A stretch of 64,000 bases of DNA from Azolla caroliniana (Eukaryota > Plantae > Polypodiophyta), in the NCBI GenBank assembly GCA_043228905.1, contig JBHGNT010000015.1, positions 20,212,001 to 20,276,000 on the forward strand, read 5' to 3'. Under the pieces are notes generated by a model that saw only the letters and a list, made by a program, of their open reading frames with translations, was not told the origin of the DNA and searched no databases. Positions 51,114 through 64,000 of the stretch are shown here, piece after piece. How positions within the stretch are numbered: the first letter of the stretch is position 1; each line of letters starts with the position of its first letter. The position numbers were made by a program, and so were the translations under genes.

Positions 51114-53002
51114 CTCGGTGGCTCATATGGTGAATGCCATGAACAAGGTCTTGAAGGATTGCATACCAGATATCACGATGCCATTCTTGGAGGATATTCC
51201 GATAAAAGGATGTTCGAATGAGAAGAAAGATGAATCGAAAGATAAGGAAGGGTGTAGAATGTTCGTCACGGATCATATGAAAGATTGTGAGAAGGTGCTT
51301 CAAAGGCTCGAAGATGCGAATTTGACATAAATCCACATTCGGGCAACCAGAGATCTTGGTGGTACATTATATGGACTACTAAAGAAAAGAATGAAGTTCA
51401 AATGGCGAAGCAAGCATACAAACGTGATGCGAAGATTGAAGAAACTACTTCTTGAAGCTCCAGCACTAAGGAAGGCCGACTATACCTAAGGGAAGCTGAT
51501 TTATGTGACTATAGATACTAGCCTATTAGAGATCTAGGTACTAAAGTTAGCTTAAGATAAGGATAAAGTAATGATAGATAGAAAGGAGAAAGAGAAAGAA
51601 GGGTGCCGATCCACCCGACCACCCCCGAGCGAAGGGATCGAGACGGACTCGAGCCTCGATCAGCGTCCCATACCATTGTCGTAGCGTCGAGTCGTACCTG
51701 ATGCTAGCGCACTCGCTACAAGAGTTGACCCACCACAAGAGCAGAATCTCAATGTAGTCAAAAGATCATCAAATGAGGGTAGCTAGGCCTATTATTTATA
51801 GCGATACCCAAGGCCCCAAGGCAAGTTCACACTTGACCTAATGGGTTGTCTCAATCCCGAGGATTAAAAGTAATCCTCCCCTTCTTTACACTCTCGTTTA
51901 ACCCTCACACTTATCCACGTGTATAGAATACTACGGTAAATTCTCACCACGGGATATTAAATGGTCATGCCCGTAACATACTCCCCCTCTTTAAAACATT
52001 GCACTCTTGCAATGGAAAGTTGGGGAAATTAGTTCTGAGAGTATTTTCACGTTCCCATGTGGCATCTTTTATTGATTTATCCATCCATTTTATTTTAAAT
52101 TCTCGGATTTCTTTAGTACGTAAATTTTTTGTTTTAACATCGAGAATTCTTTTTGGTACATGTGGTTTAGATGATAATTCTTCAGAAGTAGCCAGAGTTT
52201 CAGTTGTAATTGTATTGTCGCCAGAACCTAGAAGTTCTTTTAGACGACTCACATGGAAGACTGGATGAATTCCAACACCATCGGGAAGAGCAAGACGATA
52301 GGTTGATGACCCAATGCGTTTGAGGACTATAAAAGGTCCACAAAACCGTGGGGCTAACTTAGCGCACTTACCTGTAGACAATGTCTTAGAATTGTCAGGT
52401 ACACGTTGTCGTGAAGAATTTCGGCCAGAGGCGGAACCCGGGAAACATTGGCTACATCGGCGGGGTGCAGCGTGTGTACGCACCCATGTACATTTAGTGT
52501 GAATAACGAGGGCGCCTTTATGGCGCCGAAGAGTAGTCAAGTCGGGACAGACGGTCCCATGTAAGTCGGGGTTTATCCCACATTGTAACGCATCCCTGTC
52601 CTTGTTCTATAAAAGGAAGGGAACGCCCTTTGTGAAGGGGTTGCCCATTTTGCATTAGAGGGTATACCGTTAGGATTAGAGTTAGTTTCTTCTTCTTCTT
52701 CTTCCCCCCTTCGTGTTCGCTTAGGGTTTGCTTCAGCTCATCTCCTGCGCAAGACCCCGACCGGTGGCTTGGCAGCTGACAACTACTGTAACCTACCTCG
52801 GTCCGGCTTGACGCCGGGAATGTATTCTTCTTATATATATATATATATATATATATACGTTTGCGTCTGTCTGTGTATATTCGCGTCTTCGTTGGTGTCG
52901 GGTGCTTCCCCTTTCCTGCGTTTCCTGTACTTAAGGGTGTGAGTCGGGTTGGCCTATGTGTGTGTGTGTGTGCGTGAGTGTGTGTGCGTGAGTCGGTGTT
53001 AA

Positions 53003-53040
<38 letters not shown>

Positions 53041-53204
53041 GTTGCTTCCGGTGTGCTTCTGGGATGCCCCGGAAATGGTGAAGCACGACTTCCTACGCTC
53101 CATCACTCCCTAGTCCAAGACCCCCGTGGTCCCGCCTTTCTCCACGCACGCGCGTAACAACGCGACATATTTGGTGAACCTAACGTGAAAGGTGGCAAGG
53201 GAGG

Positions 53205-54263
53205 ATGGAGTCGGAAGACGATGACCTTGCGGAGATGGTGGCCGAAGTGGTGTTGGAGTCAGCACGAGTGGTGATGAGGCGAGAAGTAGCGCAACAAGCG
53301 GTTGAGCGAGTGGTCGAAAGAGTCGATCGTTTCAACGGGGACAAAGTCCCATCTTACTTGGAAGCCTACAACGCGGAAATGGAGGAGCGTGGCGTAGACG
53401 AGGCGTTAAGGCTGGAGTTCTTCTGTCGGGTCCTGGCTGTCCGGATGCATGCGGAAATAAAGGAGCTCCGTGAGGCTCATAGTTCGTGGGAGGCCTTCGA
53501 AGAGGCACTCCTGAAGGCATACGGAGGACGGCGGAAGAGCCGGGGCCGACATGACTTTGACCAGTGGGTAGCATCGGCAAAGACCCACCGGGGCGCGGCC
53601 AAGGCGTTTCGAGAGTTCGAGCGGCGGCTTGCTCAGCTCCCGGAGCGGGAACAAGGTTTGGTGGGGGCAAACAAGGTCCTATTGTTCCTCAGGTCGATCG
53701 ACCGAGTGGAACGGGAGGCCATCGGGATTGAGCTCGAAGACGATGATGGAGCGAATGGGCTTACGGAGGACTGGTCGAAGGTCGGAAGGGTGTGCCAACG
53801 GCTAGACAACGAGCGAGCCGAGAAGGCCAAGAGGAAGGTACGCGACGGCGTGCCATCACAGCGGAAAGAGGCCGAACGGCAAAGAGAGTCGGCAAGGGTC
53901 GGCGTTGGGTCAGGATTGCAGAGGCGTACGCAGCTCTCGAGGCGATGCTCGAGGAAGAGGAAAGACGGAGGCCGCAAGCTGAGACTGAGGAGACGGACTT
54001 GCCCGACGCAACGACGGAAGATCGGTACCACGGTACCACGGGAGAGGGTGCGGAACGAAACGCCCTCTCGACTTGCGGAGATAGAACGGCCAAGGACGAG
54101 GCCGAGATATAGATCGCGGAACCGGAACGTTGGGACCAACGGTTTCGGGCATGTCAGCCCGAGATCCCGGTCATTGGAGAAGCAAGCCCAGACGGGGCTT
54201 GCGCGATCGGTAAGAAGACGACCGTCAACCACGAAGAGTCGGTGGCTACGGACAAGGGCGTAA
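53205..54263 (+). CDS. Gag-like protein (N-terminal ~230 aa credible, tail probably frameshifted)
   Basis: VDRFNGDKVPSYLEAYNAEM and NKVLLFLRSID..ELEDDDGANGLTEDW parallel the host gag at 43192 (VGRFGGKNIMNFLATY; DKVLLFLKAVD..LLEDETQPNCLVADW). Confidence 0.7.
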   Translation: MESEDDDLAEMVAEVVLESARVVMRREVAQQAVERVVERVDRFNGDKVPSYLEAYNAEMEERGVDEALRLEFFCRVLAVRMHAEIKELREAHSSWEAFEEALLKAYGGRRKSRGRHDFDQWVASAKTHRGAAKAFREFERRLAQLPEREQGLVGANKVLLFLRSIDRVEREAIGIELEDDDGANGLTEDWSKVGRVCQRLDNERAEKAKRKVRDGVPSQRKEAERQRESARVGVGSGLQRRTQLSRRCSRKRKDGGRKLRLRRRTCPTQRRKIGTTVPRERVRNETPSRLAEIERPRTRPRYRSRNRNVGTNGFGHVSPRSRSLEKQAQTGLARSVRRRPSTTKSRWLRTRA

Positions 54264-55050
54264 AACGGACGGGCAATTCTTTGTGTCTTCCCACACTTGC
54301 TCCCAAGACGATGGCAGTCGGGCCCGAGTGCCCATGTGAGTCCCAAGCGGAGGAAGGCGGCGGCGAAAGGCCAAGAATCACCGGCGAGACGATACGGGGA
54401 AGGAGCAGACGAAAGCCCACGGACCCAATTCCGGAGAACTCGACATTCGGGCCCGTATACCCATGTAAGACCGAGGAGATGGATAGCGGTACTGAGGAGT
54501 CCTGGCACAATGCTAGCGAAGATGGATGGGAAACAGCCTGCGAGGAGGCCGAGGACGGACGCGGCACGAGGAGATCTGCATTCCGATACGGGTGGAGCGT
54601 GATCCGGCTATGGATTGTTCAATCGGGGCCGGATTCGGCGTAAAGGTGCCGATACGGGAGAGGGTGCGGGACGAGCCGCCCTCTTTTACATGGGGAGAAA
54701 GACTGACTGGGCGAAGGTCGAGAGTTGGAAGGAGAATGAAAGCCGGTCCTATGGAGTTCCTTACACCGATCCGGCTGCCGGCCCGAATGCTGGCGTGAGT
54801 CCTATAAGAGAGATCGGTGGCGACAGGAGAATGGGACTCGGCAATCCGGAGAATGCCGAACGGACCCGGACGAGAACCAGGCGGAGCGGACTCCTGGACG
54901 ACCATTCCGGGAGGGAGGAAGAAAGCAGGCCTACGAAGAGGCCGAGGACACGGTACGTCGGTACCACGGGAGAGGGTGCGGAGTAAACCGCCCTCTCGGC
55001 ATGCGGAAAAGGACGACCCGGGGCAGGGTCGGGAAGACAAAGCGGAGGCC

Positions 55051-55510
55051 TACGGAGGATCCGTCACACCGGTTCTAGAGACTTCGGCAGTCGGCAACGC
55101 GGTCGACGTAAGACCAAGATACTGACGGTGGCGGCGAGGTGACGAAGGCAAGGGCTACGGATGGGCGGTCTACGGAGGATCCTTCACACCGGTTCTAGAG
55201 ACTTCGGCAATCGGCAACACGGTCGACGTAAGACCAAGATACTGACGGTGGCGGCGAGGTGACGAAGGCAAGGGCTACGGATGGGCGGTCTACGGAGGAT
55301 CCTTCACACCGGTTCTAGAGACTTCGGCAGTCGGCAACGCGGTCGACGTAAGACCAAGATACTGACGGTGGCGGCGAGGTGATGAAGGCAAGGGCTACGG
55401 ATGGGCGGTCTACGGAGGATCCTTCACACCGGTTCTAGAGACTTCGGCAGTCGGCAACGCGGTCGACGTAAGACCAAGATACTGACGGTGGCGGCGAGGT
55501 GACGAAGGCT
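55051..55510 (+). repeat. ~4 x 120-bp tandem repeat
   Basis: Units start at 55051, 55171, 55291 and 55411; stops in all three plus frames. Confidence 0.93.
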
Positions 55511-55836
55511 ATGGGCGTAAGGATGTCCGGTCCTACGAGACTCCGGCAGTTCGGCCAACGTGCCAACATGAGACCAAGAGAGAAGGTTGGTGGCGGCGGG
55601 AAACGGGACCCGACTACGCAGAAGACACGAGGAGAGTCTGGGAGGGACTCAAACAAAAGACACCCGAATTTTGGCAAGCATAGAAACGGAGCCCGGTCCT
55701 ATGGGACCCTCACACCGAGCCGAAGACTCCGGCAGTTCGGCCAACGCGGCAACATGAGACCGAGAGAGAAGGTTGGTGGCGGCAGGGAACGGGACCCGAC
55801 GACACGAGGTTTCGGAAGGAGCCGGTAGGGGCAAAC

Positions 55837-56019
55837 ACGGGGAGGTGTGTCCGGCCAGAAAGGCACACCTTGGACAGAACAAGAGTCTCGCAAGTGGCCA
55901 TCGCAGGCCAGATCGAAGCGTGACTACGGGGAGGTGTGTCCGGCCAGAAAGGCACACCTTGGACAGAACAAGAGTCTCGCAAGTGGCCATCGCGGGCCAG
56001 ATCGAAGCGTGACTACGGG
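55837..56019 (+). repeat. 2 x 89-bp tandem repeat
   Basis: Units start at 55837 and 55926. Confidence 0.88.
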
Positions 56020-57317
56020 ACGGTGTTCGGCGCGGGCAGGGCCGAACGAAGGAAGCGGAAGACGGCACAAGGGAGAAGCCGGGAACAAGGTGACAGGTGC
56101 CTAGTGGACTACGCCGGGTCGGAGTCAGGGATGGCAAGAGAGGCCGGAGGAGGATCCTCCACACTCGCTTCGTAGATCTTGATAGCTCTGTCGAAGTAGC
56201 GAAGACTAGCACGGCAAGCCCGGGGTGACAAGCTGGTGGGGGCGAGGGGACGACGGCAAGCGGAAGACTCAGAACCTATTGCAGCAGCACGAAGACGGGA
56301 AGGGCCAAGCAGGCTACTACGGGGTGTTCCTAGGATGCAAAGGACACCAGTATGCGGGGAGCGGCGATGCACGATCTGGCCGGAGAAGGGGCCGACAAGG
56401 CGTGCAATGAACCGGAGTACAATACAGGCAGTGCCAAACAACGGACGAGGGTATGTGGCACACGGAGGTGCCGGAGCGAGAAGGCGAGCGCGGAGAAGAC
56501 CGAAAGGGAATCCTCCACACCGTTCCGGAGACCATGGCGGTTCGAGCCGACGCGGCGATGTAAGACCATGGAGAGGGAAGGTGGCGGTGAGAGGACAAGG
56601 GCAGACGACGAGAGCGGGGCGTTCATATGGCCGAACAAGGGCCAGTGGAAGTACACGTACTACGGAGATCGCGGTAGAGGACCCATCGACTGGTCGAACC
56701 AGCCTACGGGGAGGTAAGCGCGAAGGAAGAATCGAAGCTGACGGATCAAACCGGCAGCGAGCCGGGATGCAGATCACGGAAGACCGGTTTCTCACCGGCC
56801 GAAATCTCTCACCCTTCAACCGGACTTGGCACATACCGGTGGATGTGCAGTTAGGTGGGGGCGGATGTCGTGAAGAATTTCGGCCAGAGGCGGAAACCGG
56901 GAAACATTGGCTACATCGGCGGGGTGCAGCGTGTGTACGCACCCATGTACATTTAGTGTGAATAACGAGGGCGCCTTTATGGCGCCGAAGAGTAGTCAAG
57001 TCGGGACAGACGGTCCCATGTAAGTCGGGGTTTATCCCACATTGTAACGCATCCCTGTCCTTGTTCTATAAAAGGAAGGGAACGCCCTTTGTGAAGAGGT
57101 TGCCCATTTTGCATTAGAGGGTATACCGTTAGGTTTAGAGTTAGTTTCTTCTTCTTCTTCTTCCCCCCTTCGTGTTCGCTTAGGGTTTTCTTCAGCTCAT
57201 CTCCTGCGCAAGACCCCGCTCGGCGCGACGAGCCCGTGAGCTCCCCGACCGGCGGCTTGGCAGCTGACGACTACTGTAACCTACCTCGGTCCGGCTTGAC
57301 GCCGGGAATGTATTCTT

Positions 57318-57354
<37 letters not shown>

Positions 57355-57659
57355 GTTTGCGTCTGTCTGTGTATATTCGCGTCTTCGTTGGTGTCGGGTG
57401 CTTCCCCTTTCTTGTGTTTCCTGTACTTAAGGGTGTGAGTCGGGTTGGCCTATGTGTGTGTGTGTGTGTGAGTGTGTGTGCGTGAGTCGGTGTTAAGCGC
57501 GCTCTCTCTCTCTCGCTCTCTCTCTCTCTTCGGTTGCTTCCGGTGTGCTTCTGGGATGCCCCGGAAACGGTGAAGCACGACTTCCTACGCTCCATCACTC
57601 CCTAGTCCAAGACCGCCGTGGTCCCGCCTTTCTCCACGCACGCGCGTAACAACGCGACA

Positions 57660-60600
57660 ACGTAAAAATACCTTCTGTCCAAGGTTGAATACACGAGGTT
57701 GCCTATGATGATCGGCATAAAAACGTGCTCTATCTTGAGCTGTTTTTATATTATCTCGTGCAATATGCAACATATATTGCATATCCCGAAGAAAGTTTTG
57801 CATACTTCGCAACTCATCATGATGTATATTAACATCAATCGGGACTTGTGGCTGAAAACCATACATCAACATAAAAGGACTATATCCCGTCGATGTATGC
57901 TTGGAGCTGTTATAAGCAAACTCCAAAATTGGGAGATAACGTTCCCATTTTGTTGGTTTTGCACCAACGTATGCTCGAAGCATGTCCTCAATAATTTGAT
58001 TTACTCGTTCTGTCTGTCCATCGGATTGAGGATGATCCGTGGAGCTCATGCTCAACGTAGTTTCTAACTTCTTAAAGACTTGCGTTCAGAAGTCACTAGT
58101 AAACTTTGGATCTCGATCACTCACGATATCCATCGGTAACTCATAAAAACGAAACAATTCGTCAACGAATTGGTAAGCCAATTCAGGAGCTATTACCGTG
58201 GTTTTAGTAGCAATAAATCTGGCCATTTTAGTTAGTCGATCAACGACAACCCAGATGGCATCATAGCCTTTTTGGGTGCGAGGAAGGCTAACAATAAAAT
58301 CCATGGATATACTTTCCCACTTATTATTGGGAATGTCCAAGGGATGTAAAAGTCCTGCGGCTTTAAGTCGCTCGGCTTTGTTAACCTGACATTGGTGACA
58401 TTTAGTCACATAGCTATATATGTCAGGACGCATCTTAGGCCAATAAAATTGAGTGGAGATGAGAATGAGTGTACAATGTATTCCAGGGTGCCCTGCTGAG
58501 GGTGCATCATGGCATTCAAAAAGAATCCTCTTTTTGACCTCGAGTAAATCTGGAACACAAACCTTCCCATTACGGTAGAGCAAACCGTTAGCAATGTGGA
58601 AGTATTCCTTCGAGGATGTGGTGGTGTCTGTTCTAGACTCAACTCTTGCCCAGTATTTTGCAAAATAACTGTCATCAGGATACCTTCCTCGAAGGTGATC
58701 ATAAAGATCTGATGTTATTTCAGTGAAGCTAAGCATGTTAACTTCACGGATGCGACTTAGTGCATCAGCGACAGTGTTCATGGAACCTTTACGATATCAT
58801 ATGGAAAAATCAAAGTCCTGGATGAGATCAGCCCATCATGCCTTACGACCTTTTAGGTCTTGTTGGTCACAAAAATATTTCAAGGACTCGTGGTCCGTAG
58901 TTACCACAAAGCGATTTCCATAAAGATAATGGCGCCATGTTTTGAGCGCATGTATAACTGCAAATAATTCCTTTTCTTGAACGGTATACCGACATTGAGC
59001 AGAATCAAGTTTCTTACTCTCGAATGCTATTGGTTTACCATCTTGATACAAGACAGCACCTATAGCATAATCGCTTGCATTGGTTTCAACCTCAAAAGGT
59101 TTTGAAGGATCAGGTAAAAGAAGTGACGGAGCCTTGCAAACCATGTCCTTGAGTTCCTTAAAGGCGAGGTCTAGTGTAGCATTCCACACAATAGGTTTTG
59201 TAGACTTACGTGTTTGACCTTTTAAAAGATCAGTAAACGGCGTCGTCAATTGGGAGTAATTACGAAGAGACTTTCGCAAAAACCCTACAAAACCAAGGAA
59301 TGATCGAACTTCTCGAATATTCCGAAGAGTGGGCCAAAGCTTGATTTTCTCAATGCGAGAAGGATCAATTTCAACTCCTCGTTCGGTTATGAGATGTCCA
59401 AGATAAGAAATTGATTTCTTGAAGAACTCACATTTTGAGATCTTCGCATAAAACTGTTTGTCACGCAATGTTTGTAAAACAAAGCGGACATGTCTAGCAT
59501 GTTCTTGTAATGTACGGCTATAAACTAAAATATCATCCAAGAAAATAACGACAAATTTTCCAAGTTGTTCACAGAAAATGTCATTCATTTCTTGTTGAAA
59601 TGTAGCCGGAGCATTGGTCAAACCAAAAGGCATAACCAAAAACTCGTAATGGCCATAGCGTGTACGAAATGTCGTTTTAGGAACATCGTCCTCACTTATT
59701 CGTATTTGATGGTAGCCAGTACGGAGATCAAGTTTTGTAAAATACCGAGCTCCCTGGAGACGGTCAATTAGATCGTCAGCACAGGGCAATGGATACGAAT
59801 TCTTGATCGTCACTTTATTCAAGCGTCGGTAATTAATACACATACGCCATGTGCCCTCTTTCTTTTTAACCAAGAGAACTGGTGCACCCCATGGAGATTT
59901 ACTATAACGTATATAACCCATTCGTAAATAGTCCTTGAGTTGCTTAGATACCTCATCTTCTTCGGATCGACTTAAGCGATACGGAGGTATACTTATTGGT
60001 GCAACACCAGGTACAATATCTATACGATGGTCTATATTTCGTTTAGGAGGTAACCCATCAGGTAGTTCAGTTGGAAAAACATCATGAAAATCATTTAAGA
60101 TTTCATCAAGTTGTTGTTGTTCAAAATATGTTAATTGAACCGAGACATTATCGATATTATAAACGTGAATGTCTGGATCAAGTACACAATAAAATAGAGT
60201 AGAACAAGACAACTCGGATATTGATGGACACGAGGAAACAATCGAGAGGGATTGTTTTTTTACACATTGAATAAAATGCGTACAATCGTTCAGTACAAAA
60301 GAAATGGAATGACGAACCCAATCAATAAATAAAGAAGAGTTTTTATTATAAAACCAGGGATAACCCAGTATTACATCAGTGGTACAAAGATTCATTACAT
60401 GGAAGTCTACTTCCTCTATATAAGTATCAATAGAAATTCCTAATGAATGAATCGCCCCGTTGATGTATTGTACTCTTCCATCAGCCAAGTGCACCATGTA
60501 GGTGTGATCACTTACGGTGGGTTGGATTCCCCATATCTGAACCAAACGATCATTCACAAAATTGTGTGAGCTTCCCGAATCAAATAAAAATTGTACGGGA

Positions 60601-61544
60601 GATCTTTTGATATACCCGTTTGCACGTAGTAAATCATTGGGACCCAATACATAGTGAGGGAAAGAACATTGACAATTACTTAAATGATGTGTATAGACCT
60701 GAAGGACATTAGGAATCTGACCTTTATGGTCTGCAGCTTTAGCTTTGTTGTCATGCTCTTTCCGTTCAACAAATTGCGACTGCTTAGTCCCGGGCGCTTC
60801 GTTGGGTTTGTTGTGGTCCTTCTTCGAAGTGCGTTGATAGCGAAGAACTATTTCAACGGCCTCTTCGAAGGATTTTGGATCCTTATCGTGCATTATCCAA
60901 TGATAGTCCGAATTGGGGATGCCATTGACAAAACAAGCTATCAACCAATTGTCCCCTTCTAGACCCGATTTTTGGATTTGGGTTCTAGCATGGTGAACAT
61001 AGTCTTCTAGAGAGGAAAATTTCCTGCTAGAGAGGTTCATTAAAGCTTGTGCTGCCTCGGTTCGAGAGGGAGGTTGCAGAAATTGGCCCTTAAAAACTGT
61101 GACAAAATCTGTCCAGGTATCGGGCAATTTCCCAATAGTACGGAGCCCACGCCACCAGGCGGCGGCCTTACCCCCGAGTTCTCGGCCGACATATGCAATC
61201 TTCGTACTATCTGGCGTGGGATAGAGCTCAAAATGAGACTCCCATTGTCCCAGCCATGTGCAGATTGCGTCTTCGGTTCTTTCCTTTTTGTCTCCCGTAA
61301 ATGGCTTAACGACAAATGATGGTTCACCTTGTCGCTCATCAGGTCTATTAGTCTCACATTGTAGACTAATGACACGTGCCTCAAGAGCACTCTGAGATTG
61401 CCGAAGTTCGGTCATCTGTTGAGCGGTGAAACTAAGGTATTGGGTTATTTGTGCCAAATACATCTCAGTGGACATTTGTCCAGGAGGATTCCCTTGAGTT
61501 CCTTCCGCTTGAGCGGATGACATCGGGTCGTTAATTTGAGCCAT
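57660..61544 (-). pseudogene. single-frame gag-pol with stops near 58836 and 58086; IN C-terminus and chromodomain continue at 52406-51980
   Basis: [22 protein letters not shown]; KLAPRFCGPF and IKWMDKSIKDATWE after the insertion. Confidence 0.9.
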
Positions 61545-64000
61545 TAAAGATTATTTCTGGAAAAGAAATAGGATAAGGTCAGAGATATAGTCATAACATC
61601 ATGTCGTGATGTAAACATATCATGGGCGAGCATTAATCGATATCATTATCTCACGTCAATACCCCTCTAGACGTATGAGATGAGGTTCAAGATCAGGTTA
61701 CTATGGTATCACAAAGGTGTTTTAAAAACCATGGGGGTGACAATTTAATGTCTTTCCCTAATCTCTATATCGATTTTTTCATGGTGGCTCCCCGAGGCTC
61801 AACCATGTATGTTCGCGTCATGAATAGTTTATACACGAAAAAAATGTTAACAATAAACTATGTTTCGGTGCCCACATATGTGGTTTCGGCTCTTTAAGTC
61901 CTATTACAAGGACCCCGAGGTGCACTTAGACCTTAAGTCTAAACATGTGTTATAGTCATATGTATCAAGGATGTTGTATGGTCTTGGTCATATTTGAACT
62001 CGAGACCTCGAGAACAAATACATTAAACACTTGAGCCAACCAAGTAAGTTGCTCTTCTTGAATGTTTAATGTTTGATGCGTATAAGAGATATGCGAGATC
62101 ATATATGTTTTTTCTAAAAGAACATATATGTCAAGGGTCCTTATTTCGCCCTCATTTACCAAAACTATGTTGGTACGTTACCTAACCTCAAGTCTCGTAA
62201 TTACGATGGCATACGCCAAAGTGCAACCTAATGGTCAAGCCAAATGAGCCTTCGTTTCGTAGTAGGCCCACGTGGCCCATCACATGGTCACGTCATTACG
62301 AATGCCTCTCGTAAGAACGAGCTCATGGTGGCATCGTATCCATGTAACGAGGGAGGGATGTTGGATACGTGTGTCATTGGAGCAACCTCACTTGAATGGG
62401 TCAAGCCCTACGTACTCAACATCGTTATGGCTATAGGCGTTTCTTTACGTAACGAAATCGAGGTCATCAACGGGGTTGTCAACAATAAAAAATTGTTGAA
62501 AAAGGGATGGTGACAACGCCATTCTCACAAAAATGTGAGGACGGCCACCAACATCCTTTTCCCGACAAGGACAACTTTCGATATAATCACGTAATAACGA
62601 ATATACACATATGTTTACTTATCACATATATACGATCAAATACGTATATACATGACCACATATGTCTATATCAACATATCGTTATATTAAATAGCCACAA
62701 ATGATGTGATCGAGATACGTAATCGAGGTATATACCTCTACGCACACAAAACATCCACAAATAAGAGATCATCGTAATACGCAATTGAGGTATTGACCTC
62801 TTACGCATACGAGACCAACCGCATATCGTTTACAACAAATCAAGGTATTAAACTCATACGCAAACGTAACATATGTTCGTGAACGTAATACGTAATTGAG
62901 GTATTAACCTCGTACACATACGACACTCATCACATGTCAAACGAGGTATTGACCTCGTGCACATATGTAAACGTTTTAGATAATCAATTAAAGACCACTA
63001 TAACATCATTGCCTTAATGAAAAAAAATGACATATAAACTAAACACATGATTAGATGGGAGAAGAGAGAATAGAAAGAAAAATTATGGAAAGAAGTTCTT
63101 TGTTGATCGTTGTCTGGATCAAGGCCGACCGCACATCGCTTGATCAGCATCAATCAAAAGACAAATGAAAAACAAGGAAACATTAGTACATAAATCTGAT
63201 ACCAAATATTAGAGATCTAGGTACTAAAGTAAGCTTAAGATAAGGATAAATTAATGATAGATAGAAAGGAGAAAGAGAAAGAAGGGTGTCGATCCACCAG
63301 ACCACCCCCGAGCGAAGGGATCGAGACGGACTCGAGCCTCGATCGGCGTCCCATACCACCGTCGTGGCGTCGAGTCGTACCTGGTGCTAGCGTGCTCGCT
63401 ACAAGAGTTGACCCACCACAAGAGCAGAGTCTCGATGTAGTCAAAAGATCATCAAATGAGGGTAGCTAGGCCTCTTATTTATAGCGATACCCAAGGCCCC
63501 CAAGCAAGTTCACACTTGACCTAATGGGTTGTCTCAATCCCGAGGATTAAAAGTAATCCTCCCCTTCTTTACACTCTCGTTTAACCCTCACGGGATATTA
63601 AATGGTCATGCCCGTAACAGAGCCCAACCGGAATCAGGTGGGTCATCAACCAAGAAGGAGAAGATAATGCGCGGTATGCCATCCGATTCTCAGTGAGCGA
63701 CAACAAAGATACGCCCAAGTCAAGCAGGAACTTTGGGGTATTGTGTCGGCAATGAAGACGGATAAAGACTACCTGATCGGGTCGGAAGAAATAATTGAGA
63801 CAGATTGTCTCCCAATCCTCGGGTTGATCTCAGGATTTGTGACACCAGATCTAGCTATGCTAAGGTGCATCGCCTATATCAAGTCTTTAAACCCAGAGAT
63901 CCGCCATATTGTAGGGAAGAAGAACGTCATGGCTGACATGTTGTTGAGGGCAAGATTTGAAAATGAAGGTGACGTGGTTTTGGAAGATGAAGATGTCACC

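Larger units (their letters stand above)
52407..57659 (+). mobile_element. Non-autonomous GC-rich gypsy derivative; LTRs 52407-53167 and 56866-57659; gag-like ORF only
   Basis: 4-bp TSD ACGT (removing it restores the host frame VFLRVPD). PBS TGGTGAACCTAACGTGAA at 53172. PPT 56853-56865. No PR/RT/IN motifs. Confidence 0.93.
51524..63619 (-). mobile_element. tRNA-Met-primed plant chromovirus; 5' LTR 63207-63619, 3' LTR 51524-51978, long 5' leader
   Basis: Imperfect TSD TAGCC/GAGCC. PBS TGGTATCAGA 63195-63204. PPT 51979-51990. 42-bp deletion in the 5' LTR. Confidence 0.93.
42594..64000 (+). mobile_element. Degenerate non-chromoviral Ty3/gypsy host: 5' LTR ~42594-43146, gag from 43192, PR 44363-45304, RT to 46393, 51119-51523, RH 63625-end
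   Basis: CVWCDSFEHSRREC knuckle, LIDHGSE, QDLQPVN. Frames resume across both insertions (MNS|VAHM; DTS|PTGI). Confidence 0.87.

Noticed and set aside
55051-55510. Possible CRISPR-like array or repeat-coded protein
   Set aside because: The units are contiguous near-identical 120-mers without unique spacers, have stops in all plus frames, and no cas genes are present.
53332-56999. Many long overlapping ORFs on both strands, possible env-like or antisense gene
   Set aside because: Expected in GC-rich repetitive DNA; Arg/Pro/Gly-biased with no domain, signal peptide or transmembrane segment.

Overview
Eukaryotic land-plant DNA; the mix of retroelement lineages suggests a seed-free plant, but that is inference. 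Most of the window is LTR retrotransposon. There are three triple-nested stacks with target-site duplications (TSDs) readable in the sequence: copia>copia>gypsy at 1557-13956, copia>copia>gypsy at ~29190-42590, and gypsy>gypsy>gypsy at 42594-end, whose host also carries a second gypsy insertion. One host gene is present, a 3-exon R2R3-MYB (24305-25731, +). Main observations: (1) five elements from different families end in an inverted copy of their own 5' LTR start ('copy-back', U3-U3-ended); one has a perfect 5-bp TSD. (2) tRNA-type Pol III A/B boxes sit antisense at the U3 tip of LTRs in two Tcn1-like families and one unrelated gypsy lineage. (3) Tf1-type self-priming is supported by covariation between families. 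(4) A GUUAAAC + pseudoknot -1 frameshift signal is conserved in three copies. All coordinates and alignments were read by eye; no searches were run.
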